From a virus (lineage: Duplodnaviria; Heunggongvirae; Uroviricota; Caudoviricetes): a DNA stretch of 64,000 nt. The notes under the pieces are model-generated. The model was not told the DNA's origin. It did not search any database and saw nothing but the letters and a program-made list of their open reading frames with translations. The stretch spans positions 102,524 to 166,523 of the IMG/VR virus record IMGVR_UViG_3300028797_000094, one strand, 5' to 3'. Of this stretch, positions 1 to 7,299 are shown in pieces (positions within the stretch are counted from its first letter, which is position 1; every line of letters starts with the position of its first letter). Made by a program: the position numbers and the translations under genes.

Positions 1-144
1 CTTCGAGAAATCGCCGAAGTTATTGGTGTTGATATGATCGAAGATGAAGAAGAAGAATTAGTATTCAAAAATGAAAAAGATAAGGCAAGAACTGAAGAAG
101 CATTATCTTATTATTATGAGCTTCACGGATGCTAAGGAGGAATT

Positions 145-372
145 ATGAAACCTGTAGAACACATTGATGAAGTATGGGAATTCCTAGACCAATTCAAAAC
201 ACCTGAAGAATTAGAAAAAGCCTTCGGAGAAATTCCAAGCAAGTTTGGCAGCTTTGAAGTTGTTAATCCTAGCACTTATAAAGAAGATGGACAAATAGAA
301 ATTTGTAATTCATATTGGAATACTCAATATATGGATTATGACTATGACTATCATTGTGTGGAATTAGATTAA
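145..372 (+). CDS. hypothetical early protein (75 aa)
   Basis: ORF in track; RBS AAGGAGG 8 nt upstream; TAA stop; Trp encoded by TGG. Confidence 0.6.
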   Translation: MKPVEHIDEVWEFLDQFKTPEELEKAFGEIPSKFGSFEVVNPSTYKEDGQIEICNSYWNTQYMDYDYDYHCVELD

Positions 373-436
373 TGAAAACGTTTTCATAAAACTTTTTTAA
401 AAAAAGTATTTACAAATGTTTAAATATATGATATAA
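372..436 (+). promoter_or_regulatory. early promoter cassette 1: palindrome ATGAAAACGTTTTCAT, then TTTACA (408-413), 17 nt, TGATATAAT
   Basis: Near-consensus -35/-10; same architecture repeated six times. Confidence 0.7.
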
Positions 437-490
437 TGTATGTGTAAATAAGTGAATGAACAACACTCTAAAACAGAAAGGAAAAAAATT

Positions 491-802
491 ATGTCAACAT
501 TTTATGGTTTAATTGAAGGTAATCGTGGAGCTGCAACTCGTGGCGGTAGTAGAGACAGTGGATTTAGATCAAGCTGTCAATCTTGGAATGGTAGTGTTAT
601 TACTACAATGAGATACAATGATAAAGACGAATTAATAGTTCGTGTTGGAACAAGCGACGGATCAAGTTGTTATACTGATTGGAACTCACAAGATTTCGTT
701 GGAACATTTGATGAGTTTAAAGAATTATTAAAATTAAATAGAGATATTAAAGACGGCAAAGTTTCTGTTGTTAGACACAGACAAAAGAAAGAAGATAAAT
801 AA
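491..802 (+). CDS. hypothetical early protein; start moved to the ATG that has an RBS (track start 452 lies only ~9 nt past the -10 box)
   Basis: ORF in track; GAAAGGAAAAAAATT-ATG; downstream of early promoter 408-436. Confidence 0.55.
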   Translation: MSTFYGLIEGNRGAATRGGSRDSGFRSSCQSWNGSVITTMRYNDKDELIVRVGTSDGSSCYTDWNSQDFVGTFDEFKELLKLNRDIKDGKVSVVRHRQKKEDK

Positions 803-804
803 TT

Positions 805-1017
805 ATGGAAATGATTAAAGTTAATTCAAGCAATGTCGTTGCTATCGGACACGATGGCAGCGACTTGTATGTACAATATACAAGTGGAACTTATAGATAT
901 GTAGGTGTTAGTAAACAATTATTTGAAGATTTAAAAAATGCCGAATCAAAAGGTAGATTTATGAATCAATTTATTAAAGATAGTTTTAAATGTGAAAGAT
1001 TAAGAGAGGCAAAGTAA
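805..1017 (+). CDS. KTSC-domain protein (small phage protein family)
   Basis: Motif VxSSNVxAIGHDGSDLYVQYTSGTYRYVGV...SKGRFMN resembles the KTSC domain signature; tightly packed operon. Confidence 0.45.
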   Translation: MEMIKVNSSNVVAIGHDGSDLYVQYTSGTYRYVGVSKQLFEDLKNAESKGRFMNQFIKDSFKCERLREAK

Positions 1018-1311
1018 ATGAGACTTATAAAAATTCCTGTAGAGAAAAGCCATTGGTTGTTTGGTTCAAATTATAGAGAAACAAATTGTAAGTTTAATAA
1101 ACCTACTTCAAAAAGAAGATATATTAAAATACTTGAAACTTGTTTAACACCTTCAAAGGCAAGTGATATTTATCCAAATGTCAAGAATCCTTTAATGGAA
1201 CAAGTTAGAGATATGTGTAGAGAAGGTTTGTTAGATAGATTAACAGATGGTAAAGTATATTATTACAAAACTACTGCTAAAGGTTTAAGTCTTATGATGG
1301 AGGCAAAGTAG
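1018..1311 (+). CDS. hypothetical early protein
   Basis: ORF in track, abuts neighbours without gaps. Confidence 0.5.
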   Translation: MRLIKIPVEKSHWLFGSNYRETNCKFNKPTSKRRYIKILETCLTPSKASDIYPNVKNPLMEQVRDMCREGLLDRLTDGKVYYYKTTAKGLSLMMEAK

Positions 1312-1312
1312 T

Positions 1313-1609
1313 ATGAGTTGTTATTATACTTATCTTAGAGAACAATATAAAGATGTGCCAGTATATAAGTTATTAGTTGCTCACGAAGTTTATGACAAAT
1401 TGATCGAGTCAGAAGTTGTAAAATTAGAAGATGACCAATATGAAGAAGTATGTGATTATGTTTATGATTATATTATGTCTTCACAAATGTCAACAGATGA
1501 GTTAACTGATTTAATTCACGATGCTCATATCTCAGGCGAACCTATTATCGATTTAATTTTAAAAGGTCAATGGGAAGAAGCAAATGAAATCATTTATGCA
1601 AGAATGTAA
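1313..1609 (+). CDS. hypothetical acidic early protein
   Basis: ORF in track; followed by palindrome and early promoter. Confidence 0.5.
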   Translation: MSCYYTYLREQYKDVPVYKLLVAHEVYDKLIESEVVKLEDDQYEEVCDYVYDYIMSSQMSTDELTDLIHDAHISGEPIIDLILKGQWEEANEIIYARM

Positions 1610-1614
1610 GCGCC

Positions 1615-1679
1615 TGAAAACGCTTTCATTCTTTTTCTTTAAAAAAACTATTTACAAATTAAAATATTTGTGCTATAAT
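1615..1679 (+). promoter_or_regulatory. early promoter cassette 2: TGAAAACGCTTTCA, then TTTACA, 17 nt, TGCTATAAT
   Basis: As cassette 1. Confidence 0.7.
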
Positions 1680-1710
1680 GTAAATGTAAAATAAATATGG
1701 AGGAATAATT

Positions 1711-2064
1711 ATGACAGATAATGAAAAAGAAATTATTATTAAATTTTTTGAATTAAAAGCAAAACAACTTATTTGTAAGATATGGTTAGCAACAAATCAA
1801 AAGCCCGGTTATGTCAATGACGAAATTAACTTAATGATGAAAGTATTAGGAATTCGAGATAAGCTTGAAAATGTAGAAAAAGAACTATTAGACTTACTTA
1901 AGTCAAATGAAAGTTTATTTACAGGAGCTGATCTTGAAGCTTTAGCAAATGAGCAAGAGTTTAAAGTTTCTATTAAAAAGCAAGAAGAGTTTTCAAAAGA
2001 ACTATTAGGTTATGAAACAACTATAGAAGATTTATTTGAAAAACTTGAAAAGCGCGGTTATTAA
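1711..2064 (+). CDS. hypothetical early protein
   Basis: ORF in track; RBS GGAGG; downstream of early promoter 1651-1679. Confidence 0.55.
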   Translation: MTDNEKEIIIKFFELKAKQLICKIWLATNQKPGYVNDEINLMMKVLGIRDKLENVEKELLDLLKSNESLFTGADLEALANEQEFKVSIKKQEEFSKELLGYETTIEDLFEKLEKRGY

Positions 2065-2078
2065 GGAGGATTAATAAT

Positions 2079-2276
2079 ATGAAAGAAACAGAAAAACAAA
2101 AAAGAATAAAAGAAGAATTGATATTATTAAATAGAAGAGTAGAAAGACTTACAGAAGAGATCTCAAACTGTATGAACGAAATTGTCGTAATTACAGAAAT
2201 TAACTTGTGCTTAGAATCAATTTTAAAATTAAAAGAAGAATATGCTTATGCAGAAAATAGAGTAAAAGGAAATTAA
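2079..2276 (+). CDS. hypothetical coiled-coil protein
   Basis: ORF in track; RBS AAGGAGG. Confidence 0.5.
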   Translation: MKETEKQKRIKEELILLNRRVERLTEEISNCMNEIVVITEINLCLESILKLKEEYAYAENRVKGN

Positions 2277-2280
2277 AATT

Positions 2281-2592
2281 ATGATGGAAGATGTAAATGC
2301 ATTTATTACAACAGTTGCTTTAACAGCTGCAAAGTTTTATAAACATGAACTAAACGCTGAAGAAAAAAAGGAATTTGATAAAGCTTATAATGATGGAGCT
2401 TATGAAGCTTTTTTTGCCAGTGTATGTAAACATAGATTGGATACAGCAGGTAGACCATCAGGTGTAGGTATGATAGTTGAACCATATAATTATTTTGATA
2501 GATATGAGTTAAAAAAATATGGAATTAGTTCAACAAAAGATTTAATAAATCAAATAGCAAATAAATATAAGTGTTATATTATGCAAGTATAA
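2281..2592 (+). CDS. hypothetical early protein
   Basis: ORF in track; followed by hairpin terminator 2593-2622. Confidence 0.5.
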   Translation: MMEDVNAFITTVALTAAKFYKHELNAEEKKEFDKAYNDGAYEAFFASVCKHRLDTAGRPSGVGMIVEPYNYFDRYELKKYGISSTKDLINQIANKYKCYIMQV

Positions 2593-2622
2593 GAAGATGT
2601 ATAAATGCTACATCTTCTTTTT
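2593..2622 (+). terminator. intrinsic terminator: hairpin AGATGTA...TACATCT plus T-run
   Basis: Dyad followed by TTTTTT. Confidence 0.55.
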
Positions 2623-2629
2623 TATTATC

Positions 2630-2960
2630 CAAAAGATGTAGATCACTTAATCCATGTTTTAGTGGTTGCTAAAGCATGATGAAGATGATGAAGATGCAGA
2701 TGCAGTAGATCTACAAGTATTGGATAAAGCTTCATCTACATCTGAAAAATTAGTGGTCGAGCATCTGGATTATCTGATACAGAGTCTGACAGAGTCTGAT
2801 AGAGTCTGACAGAGTCAAGAGAGTCTGATCTACAGACTCTGATCTGTCGATGTAGAAATTTTAGTGGTTGAGCGATCATACAGATACTGATCTGTTAAAG
2901 CGCATCAGAGCTTAAGCGCATCGGAACCTGCAAAGCGCATCGGAGTCGCCGATTAAAGTG
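2630..2960 (+). repeat. array A: three ~90-110-bp units, each with its own dyad or direct repeats and ending in (A)TTTTAGTGGTYG; GATC-rich
   Basis: TTTTAGTGGT/AATTAGTGGT at 2657, 2747, 2859; internal repeats GAGTCTGACAGAGTCTGATAGAGTCTGACAGAGTC and GCGCATCAGAGC/GCGCATCGGAAC/GCGCATCGGAGTC; 6 GATC sites. Confidence 0.6.
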
Positions 2961-3022
2961 AAAGCGCTTTCATAAAAAAGTTTAAAAAAACTATTTACAA
3001 GTTGAACTATTTATGATATAAT
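2958..3022 (+). promoter_or_regulatory. early promoter cassette 3: GTGAAAGCGCTTTCAT, then TTTACA, 16 nt, TGATATAAT
   Basis: As cassette 1. Confidence 0.65.
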
Positions 3023-3053
3023 ATTATTGTAAAATAAAAAAGGAGAATAAATT

Positions 3054-3206
3054 ATGAAACGAATTAAGTTTAAGTATCGTGATGCAATGTCTAATTTTGA
3101 ATGGCGAGAACAAGAATGTGTTTGTTCAAGTGTCGAAGAATGTATTAAATGGTATGGTCTCGGTGAAGACTGTGATTACAAAATTTTAAGTGTAGAGGAT
3201 ATTTAA
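3054..3206 (+). CDS. hypothetical small Cys-containing protein (50 aa; below track cutoff)
   Basis: AGGAGAATAAATT-ATG directly downstream of early promoter 2995-3022; TAA stop overlaps the next start. Confidence 0.45.
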   Translation: MKRIKFKYRDAMSNFEWREQECVCSSVEECIKWYGLGEDCDYKILSVEDI

Positions 3207-3207
3207 T

Positions 3208-3387
3208 ATGCCAACAAAATTTTATGTTTATTTATATCATCCTTATGGTGTTAGTTTAATTGGGTCGGGAAGTATTGAGCATTGTCAAGAAGTTAAAGCA
3301 AAGAAAGATGCTGAATGGAAACCTGGTTATATGTGGTCTACAGAAATATTAGATCATAAAATTGAAACTTATGATATGTGGGACTAA
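3208..3387 (+). CDS. hypothetical small protein (59 aa; below track cutoff)
   Basis: ATG 1 nt after the preceding stop; open to TAA; followed by hairpin GGGACT...AGTCTC. Confidence 0.4.
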   Translation: MPTKFYVYLYHPYGVSLIGSGSIEHCQEVKAKKDAEWKPGYMWSTEILDHKIETYDMWD

Positions 3388-3436
3388 AAAAAATAGTCTC
3401 ACATATTGTATAATAATATGAAGAGGTAAATGAATT

Positions 3437-3694
3437 ATGTTGAATATGAAACAATTACACAATGAACAAAAGCAATGGTTATTTGATAAAGGTTATGTTG
3501 ATGCAAAAGTCTTAGATGCTTGTGTAGAAAATGGTTGGCAAACTTATTATGTTAATTGTTTTAATTGGTTGGTAGATAATGAAGGTAATAATGGTTGGTA
3601 TCATTTAATTTTACAGTCAAAGGAAAGCGGAAACATTTCATATAATATTGAAATAAACTTAAGAAAAGACTATGAAAAATTAATGTCAATTTAA
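3437..3694 (+). CDS. hypothetical protein
   Basis: ORF in track; middle-type promoter TGTATAAT at 3407-3414; RBS GAGG. Confidence 0.5.
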   Translation: MLNMKQLHNEQKQWLFDKGYVDAKVLDACVENGWQTYYVNCFNWLVDNEGNNGWYHLILQSKESGNISYNIEINLRKDYEKLMSI

Positions 3695-3934
3695 TGTCGG
3701 AGCCCAAATTTGGCCCACACCGCGTTTAAATAAATTAAATATAAATTATAGAGTAAGAAAAGAAAATACGACACAAGTCAAATATTGGCTTGTGGCTTAT
3801 TGATAAGGTATTATTTACGAATGATACTTTATCAATATGCTCGAAAGTATTCGTTCATAGTTTTCATAATTCATTACTCTTTCATAGGAAAGGTGCTATC
3901 AGAAATGGTAGCATCTTTTCTTTTACTACACAGA

Positions 3935-4545
3935 CAGTAGATCATGTAGCTTCATCTGGATTATCCAATTTTAGTGGTGCAGACTTCTACATCGACAGAT
4001 CATGATGAATGATCTAACAGACTGTTCTGTCGATTCATCATGTTGGATTATCCAATTTTAGTGGTCGCTACGCATCAGATAGCTTTACAGTTACTGTATC
4101 TACACGCATCGTAGCGTGCAAGTAGCCGCATCGTAGCATGCAGATACACGCATCAGAACATGCAGAGTCTGTATGCAGCGTTAAAATTAGTGGTTGCAGT
4201 AGCTTTACATCATGTTGATGAAGTAGATCTACAGAGAGATCTGTCATGATGATTCATCTACATCGAGCTATTTTAGTGGTCAGATAGAGATAACTGTTAT
4301 CTACATCGATAGATCATGTAGCTTGATTCATCTACATCAGAGTCTGATGTGCTGTTTTTAGTGGTCAGAAGAATAGATCATGTAACTGATCAGTAACTGA
4401 TCTAGAGAAGATCTAGAGAAATTTGACTTCAACTTGTTACATGATCTGTACATGATCTGTTAAAGCTTTATCCAGTTTTAGTGGTTAATAGATCATGACA
4501 GTATCTGATGTAGCTGAAGATGATCTATGACTGTCAGGTTTTTTT
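3935..4545 (+). repeat. array B: six units (86-131 bp) ending in TTTTAGTGGT, two with identical 21-mer GGATTATCCAATTTTAGTGGT; recurring words CTACATCGA, TAGATCATG, GTAGATCTACAG; 14 GATC sites
   Basis: Motif ends at 3975, 4064, 4195, 4281, 4375 and 4482; each unit has its own inverted repeat, e.g. CATCGACAGATCATGATGAATG...TCTGTCGATTCATCATG. Confidence 0.6.
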
Positions 4546-4570
4546 CAATGACGTTTTCAATGAGAAATTT

Positions 4571-4646
4571 ATGAAAGCGTTTTCACAGTTCTTTTTTAAA
4601 AAAGTTTATAAAAACTATTTACAAATAAATAAGAATATGATATAAT
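4571..4646 (+). promoter_or_regulatory. early promoter cassette 4: ATGAAAGCGTTTTCAC, then TTTACA, 17 nt, TGATATAAT
   Basis: As cassette 1. Confidence 0.7.
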
Positions 4647-4708
4647 ATTATTGTAATTGTGTATAACATATTACATAAAAAAATATTTATAGAAAGTGAG
4701 TTTAAATT

Positions 4709-5164
4709 ATGAACGAAAAAACATTTAAAGATTATTTAGAAAGAGTTAAGAAAAGTTTTGATACTGAATTTACTCAAGCAGAAAAACTATCTTGTTCTGG
4801 CAACTGTGACGGAACACTTCACGTATTTGAAATCTATGCTGAAGATAAACATCCAGAAGATACTGACTTTATTGATAACTATGTTGATTACTTTGATGAA
4901 GACTGGTATCAAGAATTAGAAGATGAATATTTAGATTACTTTATGAATACTATTGATGAAATTGAAAGTCAATTAACTGATGAAGAGTTTGAAGAAATTA
5001 CAAATGACTACTATTCACCAAAAACTGATTTTGATAAGTTTGAAGAAATTATGTTAAAATGTATTTTAGCAGCACCAGAATTTAGACGTGAGATAACAAG
5101 TGAAGATCAAGAAATAGTTGCAAAAGTTTTAAGAAGTTTAAAGAAGTTTAAGAATCAAATTTAA
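4709..5164 (+). CDS. hypothetical highly acidic protein (D/E/Y-rich)
   Basis: ORF in track; downstream of early promoter 4618-4646. Confidence 0.55.
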   Translation: MNEKTFKDYLERVKKSFDTEFTQAEKLSCSGNCDGTLHVFEIYAEDKHPEDTDFIDNYVDYFDEDWYQELEDEYLDYFMNTIDEIESQLTDEEFEEITNDYYSPKTDFDKFEEIMLKCILAAPEFRREITSEDQEIVAKVLRSLKKFKNQI

Positions 5165-5178
5165 GTTGAAGTAAGATT

Positions 5179-5258
5179 TATGAAAACGTTTTCATAAATC
5201 TTTTTTTAATTTACTATTTACATTTTTCCAATAATGTGATATAATTATATTGTATAAT
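5179..5258 (+). promoter_or_regulatory. early promoter cassette 5: TATGAAAACGTTTTCATA, then TTTACA, 16 nt, TGATATAAT, immediately followed by a middle-type TTGTATAAT box (tandem -10 elements)
   Basis: As cassette 1, plus the second box at 5251-5258. Confidence 0.6.
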
Positions 5259-5278
5259 AAATAAAGGAGAGTATGAAT

Positions 5279-5689
5279 ATGAGTTTTCAAAAATGTAAAA
5301 GTTTAAAAGTAAGCGAACGTGTTTTCGATTTGGTAGCAGAAGAACTTGACTTTGATGCAAGTGAAAACCATGTTAAGATTGATGGTTGGTTTGAAACATT
5401 TAATAATTGTAGAGAACAAGGTTTAGTTTTATTTATAGATTCAGTTGATTTTGAAAATGAAAATAAAACTGAAGGATGGTTAAAAGTTTGGGTTTGTGAA
5501 GCAAGAAACTCAGATGAGATATTAGTTATAACTTCGACAGATAGAAAAGACTGTAATATTCATAATATGTTTTCAGAAGAAGCCTATAATAATAGAAAAT
5601 ATTTTGCTTACAATGAAGAACATAAAGCAGCTGATTATATTATAAATAAAGTTAGAGAAACATTCGCCGAAGAATATGGGAGGAAATAA
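5279..5689 (+). CDS. hypothetical protein (second ATG chosen for RBS spacing)
   Basis: ORF in track (5273); AAAGGAGAG lies 9 nt before 5279. Confidence 0.5.
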   Translation: MSFQKCKSLKVSERVFDLVAEELDFDASENHVKIDGWFETFNNCREQGLVLFIDSVDFENENKTEGWLKVWVCEARNSDEILVITSTDRKDCNIHNMFSEEAYNNRKYFAYNEEHKAADYIINKVRETFAEEYGRK

Positions 5690-5691
5690 CT

Positions 5692-6099
5692 ATGAGTGAT
5701 TATGTAAGATATAAAGAAATAATGTATCCAATTACAGAAGAAGATATTAAGAAGATTGGTTTCAATGATTTTGAAGATTATTGGGATACATTTAGTTGGA
5801 ACTATGAAGAGAACGATAACTTTGAAGTTCAACGACCTATTGCCAAAGTTAATGGTGAATATGTTGATAACTATTATCTTTGCTATATTTTAAAATATGA
5901 ATATGGGGCTAACTGTGATGACTTCGGTAGAAGCAGACCATTAACTACTGCTGAGCAAGAAAAGTATAAAGAAATCTTTAGCAAGAAACTTAAAGATGTT
6001 GATCCATCGAAGTTTAGATTAGTTGACTTCTGTTATTACAATGGTTGTGATGCACCCGATTATTATTTAGAAGAAGATGATTTTAATAATGAGGTTTAA
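5692..6099 (+). CDS. hypothetical acidic protein
   Basis: ORF in track; RBS GGGAGG. Confidence 0.5.
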   Translation: MSDYVRYKEIMYPITEEDIKKIGFNDFEDYWDTFSWNYEENDNFEVQRPIAKVNGEYVDNYYLCYILKYEYGANCDDFGRSRPLTTAEQEKYKEIFSKKLKDVDPSKFRLVDFCYYNGCDAPDYYLEEDDFNNEV

Positions 6100-6101
6100 T
6101 T

Positions 6102-6431
6102 ATGGCAAGACAAAAGAATTATTATGTTAACTATAAAGAAATTGAAACTGGTAAAATATCTAAAGGTTATTTAACTCAAGGTAAATGTGAAAGAAGTGCT
6201 TTGTTTACTTTAGAACTTCATATGGATAAAACTGGTTGGGAACTAAATAGAATAACTGAAATATCTGATGAAGTATATAATAGACTAAAGAACTTAGAAA
6301 GAATTAAAAAAGAAAAGGAACACCAAGAGTGGCTTGCAAATGGTGGTAGAGAAAGACTACAACAAAAGTTAGCTAACATTGCTGCTTTAAATGCAATGAT
6401 TGATGGACCTTTTGGAAAGAATGGTTTATAA
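6102..6431 (+). CDS. hypothetical protein
   Basis: ORF in track. Confidence 0.5.
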   Translation: MARQKNYYVNYKEIETGKISKGYLTQGKCERSALFTLELHMDKTGWELNRITEISDEVYNRLKNLERIKKEKEHQEWLANGGRERLQQKLANIAALNAMIDGPFGKNGL

Positions 6432-6443
6432 GGAGGACTAATT

Positions 6444-6725
6444 ATGAAGAAACTATTTATTATAATTTTATCTATTGTTTGTTTATTATTTATCTCGGCC
6501 ACTTTAACTGGTTGTAATTTAGAAGTTGTTGATACTAACTATAAGTTCGATACTGTCCATATCTATGAAACTGGAAAGTGTTATAAGATTAAAACTTGGC
6601 GAGACTTTGAAGATGGAGATCAACTACAAGTAACGTTAGAAGATGGAACAGTATTATTAATTCATTCTACTGATTGTGCATTAGTTCACGGCGACTGTGT
6701 ATTATGTAAGGATAAGGAAAAATAA
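6444..6725 (+). CDS. putative lipoprotein
   Basis: Signal peptide MKKLFIIILSIVCLLFISATLTG-C with lipobox LTGC; RBS AGGAGG. Confidence 0.55.
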   Translation: MKKLFIIILSIVCLLFISATLTGCNLEVVDTNYKFDTVHIYETGKCYKIKTWRDFEDGDQLQVTLEDGTVLLIHSTDCALVHGDCVLCKDKEK

Positions 6726-6727
6726 CT

Positions 6728-7051
6728 ATGAAGAAACTATTTAATTTCTTAGGCTTTTTATTTCAAGCAAGTTTTGTAGTAATATTAATTTTTAATTTAA
6801 TTAAAACTGGTGAAATAGAAGATCCAGGTTTTTGGGACTATGCTTATATTATAGTAGATATAATTATAATGATTCCTCTTGTTAGTTATATGGCAGTCGA
6901 ACATTTAATTACTTTTATTATGTATACTATTAGAGATGTTAAGAAAGAACTAATTAAGTTAGAAGAACAAGAAATAAAAGAAGAAAAAGAAAAAGAAGAA
7001 AAATTAAAACAATATGATTTACAATGGAAAATCTATAAAGAAGATAAATAA
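6728..7051 (+). CDS. putative membrane protein with KE-rich tail
   Basis: Two hydrophobic segments in the translation; ORF in track. Confidence 0.5.
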   Translation: MKKLFNFLGFLFQASFVVILIFNLIKTGEIEDPGFWDYAYIIVDIIIMIPLVSYMAVEHLITFIMYTIRDVKKELIKLEEQEIKEEKEKEEKLKQYDLQWKIYKEDK

Positions 7052-7075
7052 AGAAATTGAAAAGGAGACTTAAAT

Positions 7076-7267
7076 ATGTTAGTTAAAGATATTCCTGATG
7101 GAAGTATAGTATGGAATGGTTATAGTGTTTTAGGAATCAAAGGAGCGACTCTTGATCCTGTATATGATGAATGCACAGTAGTTCAAGAGCCAGGTAATCC
7201 AATTGATTTCAGTATAGTGAAGAACGATACATGGAAAGCTGTGAGAAATAGTTTAAAGAAATTTTAA
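7076..7267 (+). CDS. hypothetical protein
   Basis: ORF in track; RBS AAAGGAG. Confidence 0.5.
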   Translation: MLVKDIPDGSIVWNGYSVLGIKGATLDPVYDECTVVQEPGNPIDFSIVKNDTWKAVRNSLKKF

Positions 7268-7285
7268 AATTTTAGAAATTTATAT

Positions 7286-7293
7286 TGTATAAT
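7286..7293 (+). promoter_or_regulatory. middle-type extended -10 (TTATTGTATAATAAT) upstream of the tRNA-like/ncRNA island
   Basis: Motif TATTGTATAAT recurs ~12 times, usually right after a hairpin terminator and 30-40 nt before a start codon. Confidence 0.5.
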
Positions 7294-7299
7294 AATAAG

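Noticed and set aside
3790-4005. Track ORF 3790..4005 (71 aa)
   Set aside because: No RBS. It starts in the spacer after the conserved 30-nt element and runs into the first repeat unit of array B. Its translation is low-complexity.
3935-4545. CRISPR mini-array interpretation of the TTTTAGTGGT repeat units
   Set aside because: Only two units share an identical 21-mer. The other repeats are short (10-12 nt) and degenerate. The intervening segments are internally repetitive dyads built from a shared word vocabulary rather than unique spacers. Unit lengths vary from 86 to 131 bp. No cas genes or leader are present.
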